A DNA stretch of 64,000 nt from IMG/VR virus record IMGVR_UViG_3300029922_000039. One strand, written 5' to 3'. This stretch comes from a virus. Below are positions 17,508 to 26,900 of the stretch, piece by piece. Position 1 is the first letter of the stretch. The number at the start of each line of letters is the position of its first letter. The position numbers were made by a program, and so were the translations under genes. The notes under the pieces are model-generated. The model was not told the origin of the DNA. It saw nothing but the letters and a program-made list of their open reading frames with translations, and searched no databases.

Positions 17508-17667
17508 GCTCTTCCCTTTCTCGCGCATCGGGCCGGAGATGGGGTCTTGTTAGCTCCCGACTCCGCCGGCAGTAGAATCCCGAACTAAGGCGTAACCCTG
17601 GAGTCCGACCCGTGCGCTGATTCGCCCCGGTGAAGGCGCGAATGTCTACAGTCTCAAACGAGACTGG

Positions 17668-18624
17668 TTATTTCTCTTCGGCATTGCGCTTGTCCAACTC
17701 CGCGCCCGCCAGTTCCGCGATCTTCACCCAATCCGCCTTGTGTTCGTTCACGAATGCAACACACTCTTCATGCGTCCAGCCAAGGTACTCGAACAGTTCG
17801 TCCACCTTCAGCCGGACCGGAGCCTTCGTGTTGGCCCACTCAAAGGCTTTGGCTTCGCCAGAGACGGGAATGTCTGCGGAATTGCGCGGCGCCTCGATTC
17901 CGAACTCGGCCTTGAGGTAGGCTTTCGAGTCGTCCGGGGTGTGGCCCGACGAGCGGTACGTTTTGTACCAGGCGGTCGCCTTCTCCTTGCCGATGGTAGG
18001 CTCTGGATCGGGGAGTGCCTGCTGAGTGTTGCCTTCGATCAGCGCGCCGTTTGGCGTACCAGCCATCACGGTGCCGCCCTTGATGCTTTCCGCCTCTTCC
18101 TCGTCCATGATGCCGGAAATCGAAAACGCAACGCGAGCACACTGAACGAGAGCGCGGTGCCGGGTCATGCGGATCGGCGACTTCTGCCAAGGGTCTGTGT
18201 TACGCGAGCACTCCGACCAATACTCGGTGACGACGATGGGGAGGCGACGGTCCTTGCGGTGGATCTTGCAGGTCACTCCCGAAATCTTTCCCTTGTCGTC
18301 GAAGTGCTCCTCGAACTCGATGCCGTCGAGCGTTTCCTGCCGATTGATGACCTTGCACCATCCGTCCACGGAAACATAGATCAGCAACTTCCCCTTGGAT
18401 CGGAAAGCGTAAATCTCTTTGAGAAAAGGGTTTAGATCGTACTGGTTGCAAACCAAGATTGCTGCGTGAACTTCGTCTGCGGTGAGCGGGGCCTCGTCTT
18501 TTCCCTGCTTGAAGATGGTCGATGCCACGATGGACATCACATTGGCCGCGTCGATCTCGAACTTATCCGCAAATCGAGTCATCAGCGCGTGCCGTGCCGG
18601 TGCTACCTGGAGTGCTGTTGCCAT
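17668..18624 (-). CDS. recT: RecT/Red-beta family single-strand annealing protein
   Basis: 318 aa. NQYDLNPFLKEIYAF...LIYVSVDGWCKVINR is the conserved core of RecT/Bet recombinases. Confidence 0.8.
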   Translation of the reverse strand: MATALQVAPARHALMTRFADKFEIDAANVMSIVASTIFKQGKDEAPLTADEVHAAILVCNQYDLNPFLKEIYAFRSKGKLLIYVSVDGWCKVINRQETLDGIEFEEHFDDKGKISGVTCKIHRKDRRLPIVVTEYWSECSRNTDPWQKSPIRMTRHRALVQCARVAFSISGIMDEEEAESIKGGTVMAGTPNGALIEGNTQQALPDPEPTIGKEKATAWYKTYRSSGHTPDDSKAYLKAEFGIEAPRNSADIPVSGEAKAFEWANTKAPVRLKVDELFEYLGWTHEECVAFVNEHKADWVKIAELAGAELDKRNAEEK

Positions 18625-18639
18625 TGTTGCTTTCCTTCC

Positions 18640-19404
18640 TTACCTGTTAGAGTCTTCATTCTTCGTGGAGTGCATATCCACGCACATCGGCGTTCCGACG
18701 CCGCCAACGAACGTCTGTGTCTCGTAAATCCAAGCCTTCCGTACTACGTCCGATGGCCAAACTTCATCGGTAGCCCAACCTCTGTCCGAGCCAATAAGAT
18801 CCGTTCCGTCTGCGTTGGAAATAGAGCGCACGCGAGGCTGCTTGTCTTCAGGAAACATCTCTCTATATTTGCGCGCAATGAGATCAGCCTGTATCCCGTT
18901 ACATACAATCAAGTTTACATCCCCGCCAACCGTCTCGTGAATGTATTCCAGAAGGGCGAGAGTCTTTCCTGTCTGCCTGCCGCGCGTCACGAGGCTTTCT
19001 CCGCTGCGCAACTCCGCCTTGATAGAGTCCACCGACGCACGCATTTCCGGGCTGAGTTCAATCTGCATTTGATCCTTTCCTTTACAGGTTAGTCCGTGCA
19101 TGAATGGACGCTTCAGGTTGTAGGCCATCTTCTCTGCGATCGCCGCTTCCAAATCAAACCCGACAGTTCCGGCAATATCTCCTGCGCGAATCACGATGTC
19201 TGCAATCTCCGAAGGGAAACCGGAAGGTTTTCCGTTCAATTCGTAGCGGTTCACCGTCAGGTCGTTACCGTCGCGAATCTCGTCAAACGCTTCGGTCGCT
19301 TCCTGTATAAGCAGGAGCAGTGCTGTAGGAATATGGATACTCTTATGGAAGCCGTGCTTCTCTGAGTTTTCCCACGCATCTGCCTGCATTTTTCTGATTT
19401 CCAT
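18640..19404 (-). CDS. MazG-like nucleotide pyrophosphohydrolase fused to a P-loop-like C-terminal domain
   Basis: Start at ATG 19404 (GGAGGA upstream). N-terminal EATEAFDEIRDG...EIADIVIRAGDIAG are the MazG EExxE/D motifs. The C-terminal half carries TRGRQTGKT. Confidence 0.65.
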   Translation of the reverse strand: MEIRKMQADAWENSEKHGFHKSIHIPTALLLLIQEATEAFDEIRDGNDLTVNRYELNGKPSGFPSEIADIVIRAGDIAGTVGFDLEAAIAEKMAYNLKRPFMHGLTCKGKDQMQIELSPEMRASVDSIKAELRSGESLVTRGRQTGKTLALLEYIHETVGGDVNLIVCNGIQADLIARKYREMFPEDKQPRVRSISNADGTDLIGSDRGWATDEVWPSDVVRKAWIYETQTFVGGVGTPMCVDMHSTKNEDSNR

Positions 19405-19434
19405 TCGTTCCTCCACTGCCTCAATAACAACCCA

Positions 19435-19464
19435 ACAATACACCAACGCTTGCACGAATTGCAA
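19435..19464 (-). promoter_or_regulatory. candidate leftward early promoter
   Basis: Minus strand: TTGCAA (19464-19459), 18 nt, TATTGT (19440-19435). These are the same -10 and spacing as the candidate int promoter. Confidence 0.45.
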
Positions 19465-19470
19465 CAACGC

Positions 19471-19499
19471 TTGCAACTTTTTTGCGACCGTCGTAGAAT
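19471..19499 (+). promoter_or_regulatory. candidate rightward promoter giving a leaderless mRNA
   Basis: TTGCAA (19471-76), 17 nt, TAGAAT (19494-99). The ATG at 19507 is 8 nt after the -10 box, with no SD. Confidence 0.5.
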
Positions 19500-19506
19500 C
19501 TCTACT

Positions 19507-19764
19507 ATGCCGAGACCCAAGCCACTACCGAAAGCACCCAAGAAGAAGGCCGAATCGCGTGGAACCAAAAAAGTTACCTTGGGAAGACTTACTGCCGAAG
19601 AGAGAAAAGCCTTCTTCCTTAAGATTGGCTCCGAGGGGGGTACCACTACCCTCGCCAATTACGGGCCGGACTACTACGTCCGTCTCGCTATCCGTTCCCA
19701 TCAAGTCAGACGAGAGCGCCGTGCCGCAGCTCTTGCTGCGCAAAGGCTTGGTCCCAGCGCCTGA
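19507..19764 (+). CDS. small basic protein (85 aa), candidate regulator
   Basis: Internal ATG of track ORF 19450..19764. MPRPKPLPKAPKKKAESRGTKK...; its composition looks more protein-like than the overlapping frame. Confidence 0.5.
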   Translation: MPRPKPLPKAPKKKAESRGTKKVTLGRLTAEERKAFFLKIGSEGGTTTLANYGPDYYVRLAIRSHQVRRERRAAALAAQRLGPSA

Positions 19765-20584
19765 CCAGATCACGGTGGCGCAAATCGCCGCCGATCTTGG
19801 AGTGGAGACTGACCGCATCCAGCCGCTGATCGACCGGGGCTACCTGCGCGTTATGATCGCCGGCGAGACTCTGGAGACCACCATCGTCGCCCGGCCTCTC
19901 CCTGCGGCAATGGCTTGGCTGTCCACAATGTTCGTGCCCCTTCGGATGCGCCCTATGCTGCCTGCCGGGGAGGTGGCGACCTTCCTCCAGTTGTCGGCGG
20001 CTGCATTCCGCTCCTACGCGATCCACTACAACATCCCCGTCTACGACGATCCGGTCTTCGGCGAACTGATAACCCTAGCATCCCTGTACGCCTTCCAGCA
20101 GGCCCTCTACGACGAGCGCAGCGTGACGCGCTACGACCGGCAGACCATGCTCGCCATGATGTGCAAGAAGAATCCCGTCCTTGGAAGAACCAAATACACG
20201 GCCTACAGCAAGAAGATCGAAGCGGAGATCATGCGCATCTCGCACATGGAGGAGCCAGACAGGACCATGCGCGCCGTGGCCTTCTGGACGGCCTACAGGG
20301 ACGCGGAGACGGTCTACAAGTGCCTGGAGGACTACGAGGGGACTGTGCGGGAACTGACGCCGTGGGATCTGCGCCAGAAGAAAAAGGTAGCCTTGCTCCT
20401 CAAGTGGACGGAGATGAAGCGCAAATGGGGAGACACGCCACGGAAAAAGCGCACGAAGATGCGCAAGGACAAGGGAACGCACAAGCCCGGATGGGTGCCG
20501 AGGCCGAAGAAGAAGGTGCGGTGGGGGAAGCGGTACGAGTCGAAGACGAGGAAGAAGTCGGGGTACTGGACGAGCGAGGACTGA
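19748..20584 (+). CDS. putative DNA-binding protein with extremely basic C-terminal tail
   Basis: Track ORF 19559..20584. The first ~60 codons overlap the previous gene and look like off-frame translation, so I use TTG 19748 (GTG 19775 is also possible). HTH-like ITVAQIAADLGVETDRIQPLIDRGYL. K/R-rich tail. Confidence 0.5.
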   Translation: MVPAPDQITVAQIAADLGVETDRIQPLIDRGYLRVMIAGETLETTIVARPLPAAMAWLSTMFVPLRMRPMLPAGEVATFLQLSAAAFRSYAIHYNIPVYDDPVFGELITLASLYAFQQALYDERSVTRYDRQTMLAMMCKKNPVLGRTKYTAYSKKIEAEIMRISHMEEPDRTMRAVAFWTAYRDAETVYKCLEDYEGTVRELTPWDLRQKKKVALLLKWTEMKRKWGDTPRKKRTKMRKDKGTHKPGWVPRPKKKVRWGKRYESKTRKKSGYWTSED

Positions 20585-20658
20585 CTGCTCCCCATGTCTA
20601 AAGCCAGGGGGTTGCGCTCACGGTTCGGTCACCCCCGCCCGCCGGTGAGTGAGCTATT

Positions 20659-20916
20659 CTACCTCGCCTCACAGAATTCCGGCATGTAGCGGCTGTCGAA
20701 CTCTTCCGCCGTCATGAAAGTGAAATCGTAAGGGCCACGCACCACATAATACATACCTTCTCGCGGCTCCGGTTCATCTTTCACCTGTTCAAAAGTGTAG
20801 GCATACACCGCTCCCGGCCTATCCTGCACCTCAAAAATGTAGCTCCCTGGGCCTTTGCCCACCTTCGAGATTCGAGAGGCTCTGATGGAAGTTCGACTGT
20901 CAACGAAAACCTGCAT
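20659..20916 (-). CDS. hypothetical protein (85 aa)
   Basis: Track ORF trimmed to ATG 20916 (MQVFVDS...), preceded by AAGGAG. Confidence 0.5.
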   Translation of the reverse strand: MQVFVDSRTSIRASRISKVGKGPGSYIFEVQDRPGAVYAYTFEQVKDEPEPREGMYYVVRGPYDFTFMTAEEFDSRYMPEFCEAR

Positions 20917-20943
20917 ATCGCCACATCTCCTTTTATGCAAGAG

Positions 20944-23900
20944 TTATTGCAGAACGCTCGTCATGCGATGCCTGCGCCCAGGGAAGGACGGTGCCACCTT
21001 CTTCGGCTTCAGGCCGGGAACGTAGCGGCTGATTGGAACTTCCTCGTTCACCGTCTGCTTGACGATGTTCGCACGGCGCTCTTCTGGGGTCTGCTTGTGG
21101 TGGCCAGTATCCATATAGGTAGCCCCTACCTCTCCGGCAGCCTTCACCGCATTATAAGCATCCGTAACGGCTACTCCTACGACAATCTGCACCATCGAGT
21201 TCGTTACGCGGCTCTGCTGGACCAACTTCTGCGCGTCCTTGGGGTCATGCGTGGCCAGTTCGTTGAAGAGTTGCGTCAGAGTCTCGACGCCCATACCCAT
21301 CGAAATATAGTGCAGCGCGTTGAAGAGTGCTTCCTTCGAGACGGGATGCTCTTCCAGCCACTTCTTCTTCCGGTCTTCCATGGCCGCTTCCGGAGATCCC
21401 GACATCTGGTGACGCAGGTGGAGCAGTTCCGAGAGCGCATACCCGGCCAGGCCGAAGCTCGCGCTGAACCTGCCGATCAGTTTGTACGGCTCGGCGCTCT
21501 TGTAATCGGACTTGTAGAGTTCCTGCCACACCGTCCGGTTGACGAGGTTGGCCGTCTTGAACATGAAGCCGTGAAGCGACTGCGCAATGCGCATCAGGGT
21601 CGTCAGGCGCTGGAATATCGGAGGGTCACTCAACTGATTGCGCGCGGCCATGGGGAGTTCGGAGGGCCTGCCGCTCCCGGTGGTCCAGTTTGCCGCAGCC
21701 AGTTCCATGCGGCGCACGTCCTCTGGTCCATAGCCCTTGGTCGCCATGTTGTCCATTTGCTCGTCAGTGAATCCGTAAAGGTCGGTGAGCTTGCGGCGCA
21801 GTACGGCGCTCTTGGGGTCCTTGACCAGTTCCGGGTAGGCGTACTTCTCAAACCACAGACGGCCAGCCCCGGACGCAACCACGCGGCTCCAGTTCATGAT
21901 GGCGGTGAAACCGTTGTAGTCCAGCATCTTCTGGTCCCACCCTCCGCCATTCATTCCGTATTCCCGCATCCAAGCCTGCTTGATGTAGTTGACCATGGCG
22001 CCACAGTCTACCGCGTTCTTGCGCATCTCACGCGGATTGATCGCAGAGCGAATGAACGACTCCGCCAGGCTGCGCGTGTTGGTCGCCAATACCGTCTTGG
22101 CAAGGTGAAGCGGGAGTTTGATGGGGCTCAGGTGCATCTTGCTCAGAATCAGCCAGCGGTTCGCCCAGCGCAGGGCAATGCGGTCCGAGTCATGCAGCCG
22201 GGCCGGGTCCAAGTCGGAGGTGATGATATGGTTCACCATCGAGCGGGTGCGGCTGTCCGGCAAGGCGTCGATCAGCGGGTCTGTCTTCTCGCGGAACTGT
22301 CCATGGACTTCGGCGGAGGCCAACTTCTCTGAGATTTCATTGACGTAGCGATCAAGAACCTTGCGGTCGCGGCCATACATCGGGATCTCGAACTCGCGGG
22401 CACGCTCCACGTTGCCTGCGAGGCGAATGCCGCGCGCGTTCTTGTCGAAGAACAGTTGCGCCTTGATCTTGGAAATACCCTTCTGCTCGGCCACCTTCTC
22501 GATCAGAGCTTCGCGGCGCTCATCGCCCTTGGGCATCCTCATGATGTCACCCAAAGAGGCAACTACCTTGTCGCCTTTGGCGTCCGTGATGATGAACTTC
22601 TCTTCCCAGTTGTAGATGCGCGGCCAGTAACGCGGGTCATCGGCGATCTTCGAGTATGGCACATCGCTACGCTTGCCCTTCTCGTCATAGAAAACAACGG
22701 CCATCCCGGCATCGGCCAGGCGTTTGCGCACGGTAGCCGTGAACTTACGGAATTCAGTGACGGCTTTATCGATACGCGGGTCGGTCGTTGTCTCTTGTCC
22801 CTCGACCACCTTGGAAACCGTCCTCAGATCATTCGGGGTGAGTTTGTTCTTGGAGATAATCTCCTCGACCATGCCGCCGAACTCTCCTCGGTAGTTCCCA
22901 GATCGGATGTCATAGTCGATCAGGCGGCGCTTCAGTTCCATACCCATCTTTTCGTGGCCAGCATCCCTGCAAATCTGCTCTACGGCTCGGTCACCAGACA
23001 TTCCGAACATCCAGAGGCTCGACTTGACGAGGTGCGCGGCGGAGCGACCAGTGCCCTTCATGCCGTCGAACCATAGAAGAGCGTCGTTCTCAAGGTCGCG
23101 GGTCCGGCGGTCGATGGCTTCCTTCGGATTCTCCCCGGCGGCCTTAGCGGCGCGCCCGGCGTGCTGTGCTTCAGCCTGAAACGCTCCTTGATGAGCGGCA
23201 ATGGCTTGGGACTGCTCCGCTGGCAGGCTCTTGGTACGTCCCATCATGTCTTCCCACGCAGACTGAGCGAGAGAATTCAGGTGCGCTTCGGGGTCTTCAT
23301 CCTTCGGCCCCTGATAGAGTTTCTTGCCCTGCCCCTTGTACTTCATGGGCTGGTGCATAGCCTTCTTAGCGTCGGGGATCTCGAACTCGCTGATCGGAGT
23401 GAACTTCGCCTCGTCCGTCGTGCGCTCGAAGTCTGCCGCTTCGGGGGCGTATTCGTTACCCTGGTCGTACTCAAGCATCTCTTCTGGGATGCCTGCCGCC
23501 TCGCGCAGGTTCTTCGACAACTGGGTTTCGTTGCGTTCGCCATAGACGGCCGCCTTGAGTGCCCTCATGCGCGGCAGAACCTTGGTCCCCAAGAGCTTGA
23601 TCTCCGGCAGGGCATCGGTGGTCAGGAAGATATTGGCAACTCCCGACTGGCGCCCATAGCGGTCAGTGCGGCTCGTAGCCTGCTCCAGCATGATCGAACT
23701 CCACGGCGGAGTGATGAAGATACCCATGCGCGGCTTGTTGCCCACCTTGTCGTGCGCGCTGGCGCCGACGCCGCCAGCGGCATAGGTCGCATACAGCGCA
23801 TCCTTCTCGCCGCTCTGGAAGCCTTCCAACTCTTCAGCGCGCAACTGGTTCGCGTCCCCGGCGAAGATGCCGATCTTGTCGCCGAATTGCGCGCGCATCG

Positions 23901-26900
23901 CCTTCACCATATCCGGCAATGGCGGGAGCATTGCATTGATCTGCTTGCCCAGGTCGCCCGGCAGACGGTTGATGAAGTCCATCCCTTCTTCCGCGGCAGA
24001 ACGGTACTCAGTGAAGAGAACCGGGCTCCACCCATCCTTGATCGCCTTCGCCGCCAGTTCGATCGCATGTGGCAACTTGGCCGCCTCAAGGTAGCGTTTC
24101 AGGTAGATCGCCTCGTGGCCGGCCGCAGCCTTGATCAGACTCGACATCTTGTTGCGCTGGAAGGCGGCACGCGCCATCGTGAACGCCTTGCGGATGCTGC
24201 GCACCCCGGCGCGAACCTCTTCAGTCTGCGGAACAAGTACGACGTGGGCCTCGGTGCCTTCCATGTCCTTGTGAAGTTGCTGCCACTGCCCGCGTTCGAT
24301 AAGCTGCTGCCGCAACTTCTCCAACTTGCGCGGCGCGGAACCGCCGCTGTAGCTGTTCGGACCGCTCTCCACCAGACCAAACTGGCTTGCCCATCCCGTG
24401 AACCCTCCATGCGGCCAGAGTCCCAACTTGTGCATGTAGCCGATTTCGAGAGTGGTGCTGTACGGCGTGGCGCTCGAATAGATCACCTTCTTCGCCGCGT
24501 GTCCCAGCATAATGACAGCCTTACCCTGCTCGGAATCCGTCCACTTGCGCGCCTCGGAACTCTCATCAAAGAGAACAAAGTCCCATGGAACTGACAAGAC
24601 GCTGCGGTTGCCGCGAATGCCTGCGTAGGTCGCTGCGTACATGCCGGTCTGCATCTCTTCCATATTGCTTGGGAGGTCGTTCACGTCCACGCCAAAGCGC
24701 CGGGCAACGTCTTTGAGTCCGTCTGCTTCGTGAATAAGGTTTTGGCTGCGCGTTACCCACAATCCAACCTTGTCGCCACTCGTTCCGAGAAGGTGGCTGC
24801 AAAGTGCTGATCCTAAAAAGGTTTTTCCAGTACCCGCACCGCTAGCAAGAATCGTCGCGTCGTACTGCTGCAACGCCGAAATAACGCCATCGGCAACTTC
24901 CGGCTGCCCAGGGAAGATGAGCAAGTCGCGCAGGTCGGTAGCAAGGCGCTGTGTCGGCGGCGGTGTTCCCTTCGGCAAGCCAAGGTCCTCCACATGACCA
25001 CGCCACTTGTCAGGATCGACGACCGGCGTGCCGCGTGGTCGCTCCGGCGATTGGAGCTTTGCCGCCTTTACTTTTGCGAGGGGGTCTGCTGCCGGTTTGG
25101 CAATGGCCCCTCGTCCGGAAGTTCGTGAACCGCCGGGGGCCGCATGTTCCCTGTCGGCCGATCCGGCTCCGCCATGAACTTCTCCAGCATCGCCCGGTTC
25201 TCGAACCCCAGAAGTTCCATGAGATACGCTTCTCGATCGTGCATTTTCCCCTCCCAGTGCAATCGCCGTGGGGTCGCCCATCACCTGCTGGACGGTCGCG
25301 GCCTGTGCTGGCGTGGTTGGTTCGTTCTGCGTCGGCATCTCGCTCAGTCCGTGGACGAGTTGGATGACGCTGGTATCCTTCGGTTCAGGCTTCGACCCTA
25401 TAATGCCTGTTGCGCCGCGGAGTTTGTCCTCAATGCCGTTCAATTGGCCGCGCAAGAGAGCCTGGCGGCGGGGATCTTGCTCTCGCTTCAGTTCATCCTC
25501 AAGAGACTTCGCCCGGCGGGACAGATCGACCATCTCGCTCAGGCTCGGCTGGAACAGTTTCTTGCCGCGCTTCATCTGAATGCGGAGGTAGACTTGCTGC
25601 TCACCGCGGACTTGCAGGATCTCCCATCCCTTGATGTCGGCACCACGCTCCTCGATCACGTCCAAAGCGTCGGCCATGTTCTGCTTGTGGATTACCTTCG
25701 AGTTATCTCCTGGCTTCGGGCCGGAGCGGATCACCTTGGCATCACGCGGAACCTCGACGCTGCCGGTATCCATGGCCTGCTTGCCCATCTTCTCGATCGC
25801 GTCCACGTCCAGACGGGTAGTGAGTGGTTTGCGCTCGGTGCGGGTCCAGTCGTACCAGTTGTCAAACATGGCCTTGAGTTCCGGGGACCCTTGCGCCAAC
25901 TTCTTGCCGGTGACCGCATTGTAGACCGACTGCATCGAACGCGAGAGGGTTGCGAAAACCTTCTCCAGTTTGCCGCGCCGAATGCCGCCATCGTAGTGAT
26001 ACCGCTCAAAAGCCTGGGCAAACAACTCTTCCTGTTTTTCCGTCCACTCTTCTCCTGGCTTTGCGCCGACAAAAGCATTGGCCACGCTCTGATCTGCCGG
26101 GCTGAGGTATTGGCGAACATAATGCGCCATCTCATGAATGAAGGTGGAAGTATCGGCAGTGTCGCAAAGGCGAATAATCGCCCGCCCATCTTCCAAAATC
26201 TGCGTGTAGCCGCGCTGGCCGCCCTTCTCCTTGCCGCCGAAAGCGATAGTGAGACGCCGATTGCCTAGCAACTCTTCGAGCTTCATCCCAAGAGCCTGCG
26301 GCAAGATATGCTCCATCATGTCGCCGACCGCCGCCGCTTCTTCGGGGGAGAGGTTCGGGTGACTCTCCAGCGCACGGCGCAGGTCCTGCACGGTGCGCGG
26401 TCCCTCTGGCAATGCCACTTCCACGCTGGACGAATCCGGCGCGGTGTCGGCTATCACGGTCTCATGTGAGACTGGAACCTCAACCGGCAACTCGCCGCGC
26501 GCGTCCTCAATAACAGTCTTCATGGCGTCGGACAGGCCAGCAACAGAACCCCACTCTTCGGGGATAACGTTCAACCCGTACTTCGAAGCGATCTCGTCGG
26601 TGAATACGTCTGCCGGGTGCTCCGCGCCAAACATCGAAGCCTGGACGCCAGTAGCGCGGTCGGCGTATTTCGCCAGCATCTCGGTGTACTTGGCCGGCGA
26701 CTCTTCGAGCGCCATGGCAAGCGCCTCAACTCCGGCATGAACTGGCTTGTGGAGCGACTGGCCATCGAAGTCTGTGATATCCAAGTCACCTTGGACTCCA
26801 GTATCCTTCTTCCCTTGGTATCGCTCCGGGTGCAGGCCCTTCTCGATCAGCGAATCCCTGCCGGAGCCCTTTGAGACTTCTCCCGGCTTGCCCTGCAAAT

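Noticed and set aside
17508-17667. The 160-nt gap after the RecT-like gene, with two hairpins (CAGTCTC/GAGACTG and TTCGCGCC/GGGGCGAA), considered as an ncRNA.
   Set aside because: The stems are short or imperfect, there is no recognisable RNA family and no flanking promoter. They may simply be mRNA processing or stability elements.
18640-19476. The 278-aa version of the MazG ORF, starting at TTG 19476.
   Set aside because: The extension runs through the promoter/operator region. ATG 19404 has a GGAGGA SD.
19741-19766. A programmed +1 frameshift joining ORF 19507..19764 to the 19559..20584 frame at GCC-TGA-C.
   Set aside because: There is no slippery or re-pairing codon (an Ala GCC codon cannot re-pair in +1) and no upstream stimulatory SD. 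Independent initiation is simpler.
20935-26268. Long plus-strand ORFs (465, 477 and 374 aa, among others) antisense to the giant gene. Similar antisense ORFs occur across the window (e.g. 6510..7070, 32199..33131, 51890..53197, 59148..60326).
   Set aside because: They are shadow ORFs of GC-rich coding sequence. Their translations are R/A/G/L/H-rich and low in complexity, and they have no SD. Each is nested inside a minus-strand gene with recognisable motifs or operon context.
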